The position numbers and the translations under genes are program-made. From Candidatus Latescibacterota bacterium (GTDB lineage: Bacteria > Latescibacterota > UBA2968 > UBA8231), in contig OZ253462.1 of the NCBI GenBank assembly GCA_965261395.1, positions 2,048,001 to 2,112,000 on the forward strand: a stretch of 64,000 bases of DNA. Direction: 5' to 3'. The first letter of the stretch is position 1. Each line of letters begins with the position of its first letter. The notes under the pieces were generated by a model. It saw only the letters and a list, made by a program, of their open reading frames with translations, was not told the DNA's origin and did no database searches. Below, in pieces: positions 8,883 through 16,937 of the stretch.

Positions 8883-10889
8883 TTAGTGGCTAGCGCGGCG
8901 TGAGGCGCGCGCGGCGTGGTCGAGGAGGCCGTGTACTACCTTTTCGGCATCGCGGTGGCGCAGGTCCTCAAAGCGCAAGGCCCAGACGTGGTCCCGGTAC
9001 GCCATGTTGCGCACTTCGATGAGGACCTTGACATCAGCCGGGTTGTTGCGCAAAACCCCTAGCCCCTGCCCGCGGATGCTGGCACCGGCCCCTAATGCCG
9101 GGAGCAGGGAGCGAGCGAACAGGCGCGAGACGCGATCTACGCGCCCGCTCTTGCTGCTTTTGTAGTATAGAACCAGCGGTGCTTCTGGGGCCTTGGGGGC
9201 ACTATCGGCGTGGAAGGAGAGAAAGATGCGCCGGCCCCGTGGCGCATTGGCAAAGGCCTGCCGGGCAATGCGCACGCGAGTCTCAAGATTGCCGCCGTGC
9301 GGCCAGGCGCTAAGCTTGTTGGTCTGGTTGTAAGCGGACGAGTTGTACACTTCGTTCTTTTCGTTAACAAAGGTCTGGGTCGGCGGGTCGTTTTGGCGGA
9401 TTAGGTGGTTGGGGCTGAGTAGGGTCATGGTGGCATGGCCCCCGTGCAAGCGCACCAAAACATAGACCCGCAGCGCGATGTCGAAGACGTACTCGTCTTC
9501 GACGACATAAAGCCTTTTGCCGTTGCCGTCGCGGGTGGAGACCAGCGCGCCCGGGTCCAGCCCGCCGTGCCCCGGGTCGAGGACGATGTGCCAGCCTTCC
9601 AACCGAGAGCTCAAGCGCCCCATGCGCCCGACCTTGCTCTCGAATTCCCGCCACAGGCGCACTGCTTGGCGATAGGTCTGGCGCGGCGAGCTCGGATGGC
9701 CCTCGTAATACTTCTTGTTCGGCTGGCGCTTATTGCGGGGCCGGGAGAAGTAGTACGGGCCGTTGCCGAATGCGATTTTGGGCGTGTCAGCGCGGTGGAT
9801 CTGCAGATCGTCCCAATCAATATCAGACAATTCCACCCAGCGCATCGGGCGCACCTTGAGCCGGTCGCCCGGGTGGATGACGGCGTTTGTCTTCAATTTG
9901 TTGATGCGGGTGATTTCAGCCACGCTCATCTGGTGCAGTCGAGCGATCCGCGCGAGGTAATCGCCTCGCTGCACCACGTATGTGGCCAGCCGCGGACCGC
10001 TCGCCGGCGCGGCACTCGGTGCGAGCTTCTGGTCGGGGTAGAGCTTGAGCTCCTGGCCTGGGTAGATGCGGTTTGACTGGAGGCCGTTGAGCTTCTTGAG
10101 GCGATAGAGGCTGACTCCGTACGCGCGGGCAATTTCCCACAGCGCGTCTCCGCGCTCCACGATGTGTACCGTGCTCGCCGCGTCTTTGAGGCGGAGCTTC
10201 TGCCCGATGAGAATCCGGTCGCCGACCAGGGCGTTGAGGCGCTGCAACTTTCTGACCGAGACTCGGTAGCGTCGAGCAATTTCGGTCAGGGTTTCGCCAT
10301 CTTGCACCACGTGGACGGCTTCCTCTAACCGCGAAGCGCGCAGGCGGAGCTTTTGCCCGGGCCGAATAAGGTCACTTTTGAGCCGGTTGAGCTGGCGCAG
10401 AAAGCCCAAGCTCACGTCAAATCGCAGGGCAATTTTCGACAGCGTGTCGCCCCGGCGAACCGTGTATTCGCGCGGCTCTTCGTCGCGGTCGTCGGCCGAG
10501 GCACTCCGAGGGGGTGCGGTCGATTGCAAGTGGAGCTTTTGGCCAACGTGGATGACGTTCCCATCGAGATGGTTGATCGCCTTGAGCTTATAAACCGGGA
10601 CGGCGAACTGCCGAGCGATTTTCGACAGCGTATCGCCGCGCCGGACGCGATACCAATCGCCGCTTTTTACTGGAGACCCAACTTTGAGGCTCTGGCCAGC
10701 GTGTATCCTACTGCTGCGGAGCTTGTTCCAGCGCTTGATTTGCTCCTGCGAGACTCGGTAGCGAGCGGCAATCTCAGACAGAGTATCCCCTCGTTTGACC
10801 ACGTGGACGAAGGGACTCCTGCGCTCGGCGGCGTCAATTGCAAAAGCACACAAAAACAGCGCCACCAGGATATAGACCGGGCGCGACAT
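8883..10889 (-). CDS. Secreted N-acetylmuramoyl-L-alanine amidase (Amidase_3) with six N-terminal LysM domains
   Basis: Signal peptide; six V..GDTL..IA..Y......N.L....I..GQ.L repeats; IVLDPGHGG, FLSFHAD, VLIE. Confidence 0.9.
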   Translation of the reverse strand: MSRPVYILVALFLCAFAIDAAERRSPFVHVVKRGDTLSEIAARYRVSQEQIKRWNKLRSSRIHAGQSLKVGSPVKSGDWYRVRRGDTLSKIARQFAVPVYKLKAINHLDGNVIHVGQKLHLQSTAPPRSASADDRDEEPREYTVRRGDTLSKIALRFDVSLGFLRQLNRLKSDLIRPGQKLRLRASRLEEAVHVVQDGETLTEIARRYRVSVRKLQRLNALVGDRILIGQKLRLKDAASTVHIVERGDALWEIARAYGVSLYRLKKLNGLQSNRIYPGQELKLYPDQKLAPSAAPASGPRLATYVVQRGDYLARIARLHQMSVAEITRINKLKTNAVIHPGDRLKVRPMRWVELSDIDWDDLQIHRADTPKIAFGNGPYYFSRPRNKRQPNKKYYEGHPSSPRQTYRQAVRLWREFESKVGRMGRLSSRLEGWHIVLDPGHGGLDPGALVSTRDGNGKRLYVVEDEYVFDIALRVYVLVRLHGGHATMTLLSPNHLIRQNDPPTQTFVNEKNEVYNSSAYNQTNKLSAWPHGGNLETRVRIARQAFANAPRGRRIFLSFHADSAPKAPEAPLVLYYKSSKSGRVDRVSRLFARSLLPALGAGASIRGQGLGVLRNNPADVKVLIEVRNMAYRDHVWALRFEDLRHRDAEKVVHGLLDHAARASRRASH

Positions 10890-11004
10890 AGACTAAATAT
10901 TGGAATTGGACAACAGGGGAAGGGGTCTTGCAAGTATAAGGTTCTTAAGACTATAGCGCAAAGGCTACTTGCTGGCGACAGAGGGGAAACCTATACTTCG
11001 CCCC

Positions 11005-12387
11005 ATGAATGAAGCTAGGCTGCCCTCGGTAGATCAGATGCTCAAGCAGGTCGCCGATCTCTTGCAAGAATACGACCGCGCCTATGTCGTCGAGCAGGTG
11101 CGCCGCTGCATTGCGGACGAGCGTCGCCAAGTGCGGGCGGGCACTGTGGGCGAGGAGCGAGCGCCCCTGGATGCGCGGGTCGAGCGGGCCGTGCGCCGCT
11201 GCATCGAACGGGAGGCTGCGCCCCGGCTGCGCCGCGTCGTCAATGCCACCGGCGTGGTGCTGCACACCGGCTTGGGCCGTGCGCCACTACCCCGAGTGGC
11301 TCAAGAGGCCGTCGTGCGGGTGGCCACCGGCTATTGCAACCTCGAATTCGAGCTAGAGTCGGGCAAACGCGGCGAGCGCAGCGCTCACGTCGAGGCTCTT
11401 ATATGCTCGGCGACCGCCGCGGAAGCTGCCGCCGTGGTCAACAACAACGCCGCCGCCGTGCTCCTACTGCTCGACACCTTGGCGCGGGGGCGGGAAGTGG
11501 TGGTCTCGCGGGGACAACAGGTCGAAATCGGCGGCTCATTCCGCCTGCCCGACATCATCGCGGCCAGTGGGGCCAAGCTGCGCGAGGTGGGCACGACCAA
11601 CCGCACGCACTTGCACGACTATAAGCGCGCCATCGGCCCGGAAACCGGTGCCATTTTAGTGGTGCATCCGAGCAATTACAGGGTACAGGGTTTTACCGCT
11701 GAGGTGGACCTAAAGGATTTGGGCACCCTGAGCCAGCGCGCAGAAGTGCCGCTGGTCCACGATTTGGGGAGCGGAGCCTTAGTTGATCTGGAGCAGTGGG
11801 GGCTGCCGCCCGAGCCGGTAGTCGCCGCTAGCCTCAAGGCCGGGGCGACCGTGGTCAGCTTCAGTGGCGACAAGGTGCTAGGCGGGCCGCAAGCCGGCAT
11901 CATCGCCGGCCAACGGCTCTATGTGGAGCAAGTGCGCCAAAATCCGCTGATGCGCGCCCTGCGCTGCGACAAGCTGATCTACGCTGCGCTCGAAGCAGTG
12001 TTGTCGCTCTATCGCCTGCCGCCGGACAAGCTAACGCAGGCCCTGCCGGCACTGGCGATGCTGCGGGAGAAGGTTGAGACGCTAGAGGAGCGTGCTCAGA
12101 GACTGTTGTCCCTTTTGCCCGAGGCGGTCTGCCGCGCCCTCTGCCTCGAAGTGGTCGAATCGCTGGCCCAAGCCGGCAGCGGGTCCCTGCCCCTAGCCGA
12201 GATCCCCAGCCGGGCCGTGGCCCTCCAGCCAAGCGCGCTCCGGGTCGAGCAGCTAGGGCACCAGCTGAGGCAGCAGGGCATAGTCGGTCGCATCGCCCGC
12301 GAGCGGCTCCTGCTCGACATGCGCACCGTGCACGATGACGAGGTAGAGTGGACCGCCCGAGCATTGGCCCACGTCGCAGCACAGTAA
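11005..12387 (+). CDS. selA: L-seryl-tRNA(Sec) selenium transferase
   Basis: VVNATGVVLHTGLGRAP, VNNNAAA, EIGGSFR, EVGTTNRTH, FSGDKVLGGPQAG (PLP Lys), RALRCDK. Confidence 0.97.
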   Translation: MNEARLPSVDQMLKQVADLLQEYDRAYVVEQVRRCIADERRQVRAGTVGEERAPLDARVERAVRRCIEREAAPRLRRVVNATGVVLHTGLGRAPLPRVAQEAVVRVATGYCNLEFELESGKRGERSAHVEALICSATAAEAAAVVNNNAAAVLLLLDTLARGREVVVSRGQQVEIGGSFRLPDIIAASGAKLREVGTTNRTHLHDYKRAIGPETGAILVVHPSNYRVQGFTAEVDLKDLGTLSQRAEVPLVHDLGSGALVDLEQWGLPPEPVVAASLKAGATVVSFSGDKVLGGPQAGIIAGQRLYVEQVRQNPLMRALRCDKLIYAALEAVLSLYRLPPDKLTQALPALAMLREKVETLEERAQRLLSLLPEAVCRALCLEVVESLAQAGSGSLPLAEIPSRAVALQPSALRVEQLGHQLRQQGIVGRIARERLLLDMRTVHDDEVEWTARALAHVAAQ

Positions 12388-12797
12388 GGGCCGCGCTATG
12401 GCTAGCCGCTTGGCTGCTCAGTGGCTGCGGTGGCCAAGCACCCACCGCACCGCCTACCCTTGCCCCCCCCGAACCCACCGGCCGGGCCGGGACCGTTTCG
12501 GTCGTCAACCACACCACCTACGATCTCGAAGTAACGTACCTCAACGAGACCGATGCGGACGCGCCGAGGATTGTGCGCACGCGCGTGCCGGCCGGCCAGC
12601 ACGTGGAGGTTTCGGGCGGGGTGTTGCCAGCCGGGCTAGCAGTGGAATTCGACGTGGTCCTCGTGCCGCACGCGGCCGACGGGATTCGGGTGCGCCGCAA
12701 GATCCAGGTCGCGATTGACGGCGATTGGGTCTTAAATGTGCGTTTGGTGGACGAATCCGACCCCTTTAGCCTAGAGGTCGCCAGCGCGTCCCCATAG
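12348..12797 (+). CDS. Hypothetical lipoprotein (start uncertain)
   Basis: Hydrophobic stretch and lipobox LSG-C, Pro-rich linker, beta-rich domain. Confidence 0.7.
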   Translation: MDRPSIGPRRSTVRAALWLAAWLLSGCGGQAPTAPPTLAPPEPTGRAGTVSVVNHTTYDLEVTYLNETDADAPRIVRTRVPAGQHVEVSGGVLPAGLAVEFDVVLVPHAADGIRVRRKIQVAIDGDWVLNVRLVDESDPFSLEVASASP

Positions 12798-12825
12798 GCT
12801 TTCAAGGAGGGGCCAATATTTTCGC

Positions 12826-12883
12826 TTGCTTTATCGCGGGGTGGGTTTTACGTTTGGTATCCCCACGACAAACCCACGACAAA
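12826..12883 (+). promoter_or_regulatory. Sigma70-type promoter with repeated CCCACGACAAA boxes
   Basis: TTGCTT-N17-TACGTT; two tandem 11-bp boxes at 12862-12883 and one inverted degenerate copy at 12830-12841. Confidence 0.5.
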
Positions 12884-13003
12884 TTTTAGCACCTTCCCCT
12901 TACTTTTTCGTCGCTCGTATAGAGCAGAACAGTTTCCATTTCTGCTAATATTAGCTAGCTGTGCCAGCCGCTCGCTTTGGCCCAGCTAGGGGACCAAAAA
13001 CCT

Positions 13004-14005
13004 ATGGTGTTGGACATCCGCGACTTGCGCCAAGAAGCTGCGCCGGTCGCCGAAACATCGCTGGACCAATTGCTCCAAGGCGAACAGGCCCAACCGCACA
13101 GGTCAGTGCTCAGCGCGGACGATTTAGACCAGTTCTTGGCCATTGCCGAGGACTCGACCGACAGCCGACGGCTAGCGGCCATCGACACCTTGAGCCATCA
13201 CCGCTCTTGGCTGTCTTCGCTCCGCATGTTGCGCCGGATCGTGCAGTTGGCGCACCAAGAGCACGATCCCCGCCCAGCCGCGGCCTTGGTGCAAGCATTG
13301 CGCCAGTGTGACGAGGTCGCCCAATTCCTAACGAGCAAAGAGCGTGCGGTCGCCCGCGAGGCTGCACAGGGCGTGCCGATCAGCCGCCAGACCCTCGCGC
13401 CGATCACCACAGCGCTAGCCGCGGGTCCCCCGGCCGACATCGCAGCCATACTCCTCGACAAAATTCGCCGTACCCATCCCTCTATGGTGCCCTATGCGGT
13501 CGATTGCCTCCTCAAGTGCGACCCCAACGAGGGCCTCTTGCGCGCGTTCTTGGCACACTTGCCGCAGGTACCGCTCTTCGCGCTCTTCGTCGAGGCCGGG
13601 CTGCCACAAACCATGACTTCGGCCGCACAAGCCCGCATCTGGCAGCAGGCGGTGCGGATGGCCACCGAGGTCCTCCAAGAGGCCCCATCGGCTAAGCTAC
13701 TGCGCCACCTGCTCAGCAAGAGCAGCGAAGATGCCGCCTTTGCTCGCAGTCATGCCCGCTTCCTACACGGAATCACCCAGCGCGCCGACTTGTCGCTGGA
13801 CGCCGATTTAATCGGCCACTTCGAGCGGCTCACTTCCGGTGCCTCCGAGGACAAAGTCGCCCGTCTAGCCCAGCTATTAGTCGGGTTGAGTGGACGGCTC
13901 GACGGCCAAGCAGGGCAGCAGGCGGCAGCTCTCCTAGAAAATTGGAAATCCCGCTCGGCCTCGCTCAAACTCAAGATCTACCACCTAGAACAAGGCATCC
14001 GCTGA
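13004..14005 (+). CDS. Hypothetical all-alpha (possibly HEAT-like) protein
   Basis: Long ORF with AGGGGA RBS, Leu/Ala-rich helices, followed by a terminator. Confidence 0.7.
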   Translation: MVLDIRDLRQEAAPVAETSLDQLLQGEQAQPHRSVLSADDLDQFLAIAEDSTDSRRLAAIDTLSHHRSWLSSLRMLRRIVQLAHQEHDPRPAAALVQALRQCDEVAQFLTSKERAVAREAAQGVPISRQTLAPITTALAAGPPADIAAILLDKIRRTHPSMVPYAVDCLLKCDPNEGLLRAFLAHLPQVPLFALFVEAGLPQTMTSAAQARIWQQAVRMATEVLQEAPSAKLLRHLLSKSSEDAAFARSHARFLHGITQRADLSLDADLIGHFERLTSGASEDKVARLAQLLVGLSGRLDGQAGQQAAALLENWKSRSASLKLKIYHLEQGIR

Positions 14006-14031
14006 GCATTTGTTTCAATCCGAGTCTCCCC

Positions 14032-14069
14032 AAGGGCCGTTCGTCGACGGGCGAACGGCCTTTTTATTT
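14032..14069. terminator. Intrinsic terminator between convergent genes
   Basis: AAGGGCCGTTCGTC-GACG-GGCGAACGGCCTTT plus T tract. Confidence 0.8.
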
Positions 14070-15137
14070 GTGCGCGCGCCACAGTAGCACTAAGGCCAAG
14101 GCGGCAAACAGCAGGTTGGCTATCCACGCGCCCAACCAAGGCGCCAGCACCTGATTCCAACCGAGGGCTTGACCGGCCTTGACGCAACTGTAATAAGCAA
14201 AGCATAACAGAACCCCCAAGCCGAACCTATTGGCCAAGCCAGCGCGGCGAGCATTGGCACCGAGGGTCGCGCCTAGGGCGATGATGATGAAGCTGGTCAG
14301 GGGAAAGGATATTTTCAGGTGCAAATCGACTCGCTGACGCGTGGCATCCTCTCCGTTGAGCGTGGCGCGGGCGATGTAGTCGGCCAGCTCGGCATAGTTC
14401 ATTTCCTCGGGCTCCTTCTGCTGGCGGGCAAAGTCGCTGGGTAGCAACGACAAGCTCGGCAGGGATAGGGTATCGAAGGAAGAAGTCGCTACGGCTTCGC
14501 CCGCGGCAAAGCGAAAGCGGCGGCCTTCGAGGAGTACCCAAGTGCCTTCCCGCCATTCCATGCGCCGGGCCACTGCGCGCTCCAGCGGGACGTAGCCGTG
14601 TAGCCGCTCCCAAGACACTTCGTCGGCTCGTTGCCGCCCCGCGTCGTAGCTGCGGGCGTACACGAACTGGTTGTCCGCGTCTTGCAGCAGGACTTGGCGG
14701 CGGGAGCCATCGCTGCGGTGATAGGACTTAATCTCGTCGCTGATTTGGTTGTACTGATAGGTGGCGGCCGGGACCACCCAGTCAGTAAAGAAAAAAGCCG
14801 CGACCGCAACGGCGAGGGCACACGCCAAGACCGGGGCCAGCAGGCGATACAGGCCAATGCCGGTGGCCTTCATGGCGGTGATTTCGTTTTGGCGCGCTAA
14901 GCTGGTCAGGGCAAAAAGCGCGCCGAGCAGCGCGGCGATGGGCAGGGTCAGGATGAGCCAGTACGGCACCCGATAGACATAGTAGAGCAAGATCTGCTTG
15001 GGGCGAGCCTCAAAGTCGATAAAGGTGTCGATGTTTTCGGTGAGGTCAATGATCACCGCAATGAGTAACAGGCTGACCACGGCAATCCCCAAACACAACA
15101 GAAAGCGGCGCGTCAGATAGAGGTCGAGGGTGCGCAT
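14064..15137 (-). CDS. lptG: LPS export ABC transporter permease, LptG-like
   Basis: MRTLDLYL start, LARQNEITAMKATGI, LHLKISFP, AWIANLLF (YjgP/YjgQ family). Confidence 0.88.
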   Translation of the reverse strand: MRTLDLYLTRRFLLCLGIAVVSLLLIAVIIDLTENIDTFIDFEARPKQILLYYVYRVPYWLILTLPIAALLGALFALTSLARQNEITAMKATGIGLYRLLAPVLACALAVAVAAFFFTDWVVPAATYQYNQISDEIKSYHRSDGSRRQVLLQDADNQFVYARSYDAGRQRADEVSWERLHGYVPLERAVARRMEWREGTWVLLEGRRFRFAAGEAVATSSFDTLSLPSLSLLPSDFARQQKEPEEMNYAELADYIARATLNGEDATRQRVDLHLKISFPLTSFIIIALGATLGANARRAGLANRFGLGVLLCFAYYSCVKAGQALGWNQVLAPWLGAWIANLLFAALALVLLWRAHK

Positions 15138-15138
15138 C

Positions 15139-16437
15139 TCAGGTCTTTTTCGTCCCTCGGCGTCCAGCGCGGTCATACGCGACCACCCGCAACAGCCCCC
15201 ATCCGACGAGGGCGAAGACCAAATTGGGTGCCCACATCGCCAAAGGCGGTGGGATATAGCCGCGGTCGGCCAGCTCTTCGCCGCCGATGAGGAACATCCA
15301 GTAGATCCAAAAGAAGAACAGACTGATGCCGACGGAGACGGCTGCGCCGCGCCGGCGAATCAGCGCGCCCAATGGAGCGCCCACCAACGCGAAGACCAAG
15401 CAGGCGGCCGGGATGGATAGCTTCTTGTGAATCTCGACCAAATACTCGTTGATCCGCCCCTCGCGGCGGTCTATGTGCTTCCACTGTCGGCGCAGGGCCT
15501 CGGCCGCCTGCTGTCCTTCTCGCTCTAGCTCGCCGGCCGTGGAGTCGGCGAGCTGATCTTGGTGGAGTGCGATGTAGCGCGCGGCAATCGAGTCGAGGCG
15601 ACCGTAGGCGCGCTCCTGCTCGCGGCGGCGCTCTAGCACCAAGCGGTGCATGGCCGCGATGTTTAGCTCGCGGTCGCTGCGGTAGGACGATGGACGGTGC
15701 TCGTAGCGGCGGCGCTCGTCTTTGATGTGCAGCACTTGACGGGCAAAAGTGCCGTAGAAAAAGCGCTCCTCTAGGCCGGATTCGACGCGCTGGACATGGC
15801 CTTCCTCCAACTCCAAGCGGATGTAAGCCCCATCTCCCAACAGCGCGAGGCGGCCCCTAGGGGCGTGTAAAATCACCGGCGGCCCGGGACGCGAGGCATC
15901 GTAGAGCGCAATGCCGGCCAGTTCGTTAGTCGCCGGGTCAATCTGACGGATCAGCAGGTGATAATCGCCCAAGTTGGGTATGAAGACCCCTTCCTTTTCC
16001 CGCAGCACCAAGGCGGCCTTGGTCCTTTGCAAGCTCGACGATAGGACGCGGGCTTGGTGGTTCCAGTCCGGGAGGATCTGGTCGTTAAAAAGGACCATCA
16101 GCAAAGTGAGCAGCAAAGCGAATACAAGCACTGGCCGCAGGAGCAGCCAAAAGCTCACCCCGCAGGCTTTAGCCGCGATAATTTCCCCGTCGGCGGCGAG
16201 GCGGGCAAAGGCCATGAGTACGGCGATGAGCACGGCCATGGGCACGGCCAACGCTACGATCCAAGCCAAGTTGAAGAGCAAAAGCTGGAGGGCGGCCAGC
16301 AGGGTCAACCCCTTGCTCAGCACTTGGTCCATCGTCTGCAATACGACGTCGATCAGCAGGATGAAGAGAATCAGCGCAAAGCCGAGCGCAAAGGGCCAGA
16401 CGTGCTCTTTGAGCACGTAGCGGGACAGGGTCGTCAT
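15139..16437 (-). CDS. lptF: LPS export ABC transporter permease, LptF-like
   Basis: LSRYVLKE, RLAADGEIIAAKACGVS, EIHKKLSIPAAC, AMWAPN. Confidence 0.88.
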   Translation of the reverse strand: MTTLSRYVLKEHVWPFALGFALILFILLIDVVLQTMDQVLSKGLTLLAALQLLLFNLAWIVALAVPMAVLIAVLMAFARLAADGEIIAAKACGVSFWLLLRPVLVFALLLTLLMVLFNDQILPDWNHQARVLSSSLQRTKAALVLREKEGVFIPNLGDYHLLIRQIDPATNELAGIALYDASRPGPPVILHAPRGRLALLGDGAYIRLELEEGHVQRVESGLEERFFYGTFARQVLHIKDERRRYEHRPSSYRSDRELNIAAMHRLVLERRREQERAYGRLDSIAARYIALHQDQLADSTAGELEREGQQAAEALRRQWKHIDRREGRINEYLVEIHKKLSIPAACLVFALVGAPLGALIRRRGAAVSVGISLFFFWIYWMFLIGGEELADRGYIPPPLAMWAPNLVFALVGWGLLRVVAYDRAGRRGTKKT

Positions 16438-16608
16438 GGGTCGCAAGGGATACGGGGCTGTGGCGCACGGCACTCAGAGTACTTCGTCGCAAGTGGCGAG
16501 TACCCGGACGGCCGCGGGCCTAGTTTCCTCAAATATAACGACTTAGGCCGCCATTCAAAAAAGCACTCCCCGCGCCGTGCAACGGGAATGGTTTTTGCAA
16601 GGGCTTCC

Positions 16609-16637
16609 TTGAAATAATCACAGCGACGTGCTATGTT
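16609..16637 (+). promoter_or_regulatory. Sigma70-type promoter upstream of sprA
   Basis: TTGAAA-N17-TATGTT with an extended -10 TG. Confidence 0.6.
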
Positions 16638-16641
16638 TTCA

Positions 16642-16921
16642 GATGTTGCCCGTCTCGTCTGGGCAGCGTCCTCCTGTTTATAGGTTTGGAGACAGCCTAT
16701 CGCGTTTAGTTAATACAGAAGCCGTTCGGCGCATCGCTCTTGTCATGGCCGAGCCACAGAAGGCTTCTGAGTCGTTTTCCGCTAAACCTCAATTGGAAAG
16801 ACCACCCTCTTAATTGAGACTGCCGAGCAGCACACCGAGAGCATTCGGTTATGGCTCGATGTTTGACGGCCCATCTCCCGCCCCTTAGGGCTTGGGAGCA
16901 TGTCAAACGATAAACGTCGAT
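16642..16921 (+). ncRNA. Candidate structured 5' leader or ncRNA of unknown family
   Basis: Consecutive hairpins with G-U pairs (16642-16670; 16680-16700 with GAGA loop; 16716-16769; 16788-16818; 16857-16920). Confidence 0.4.
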
Positions 16922-16937
16922 AGGTGCGAATTTAGAA

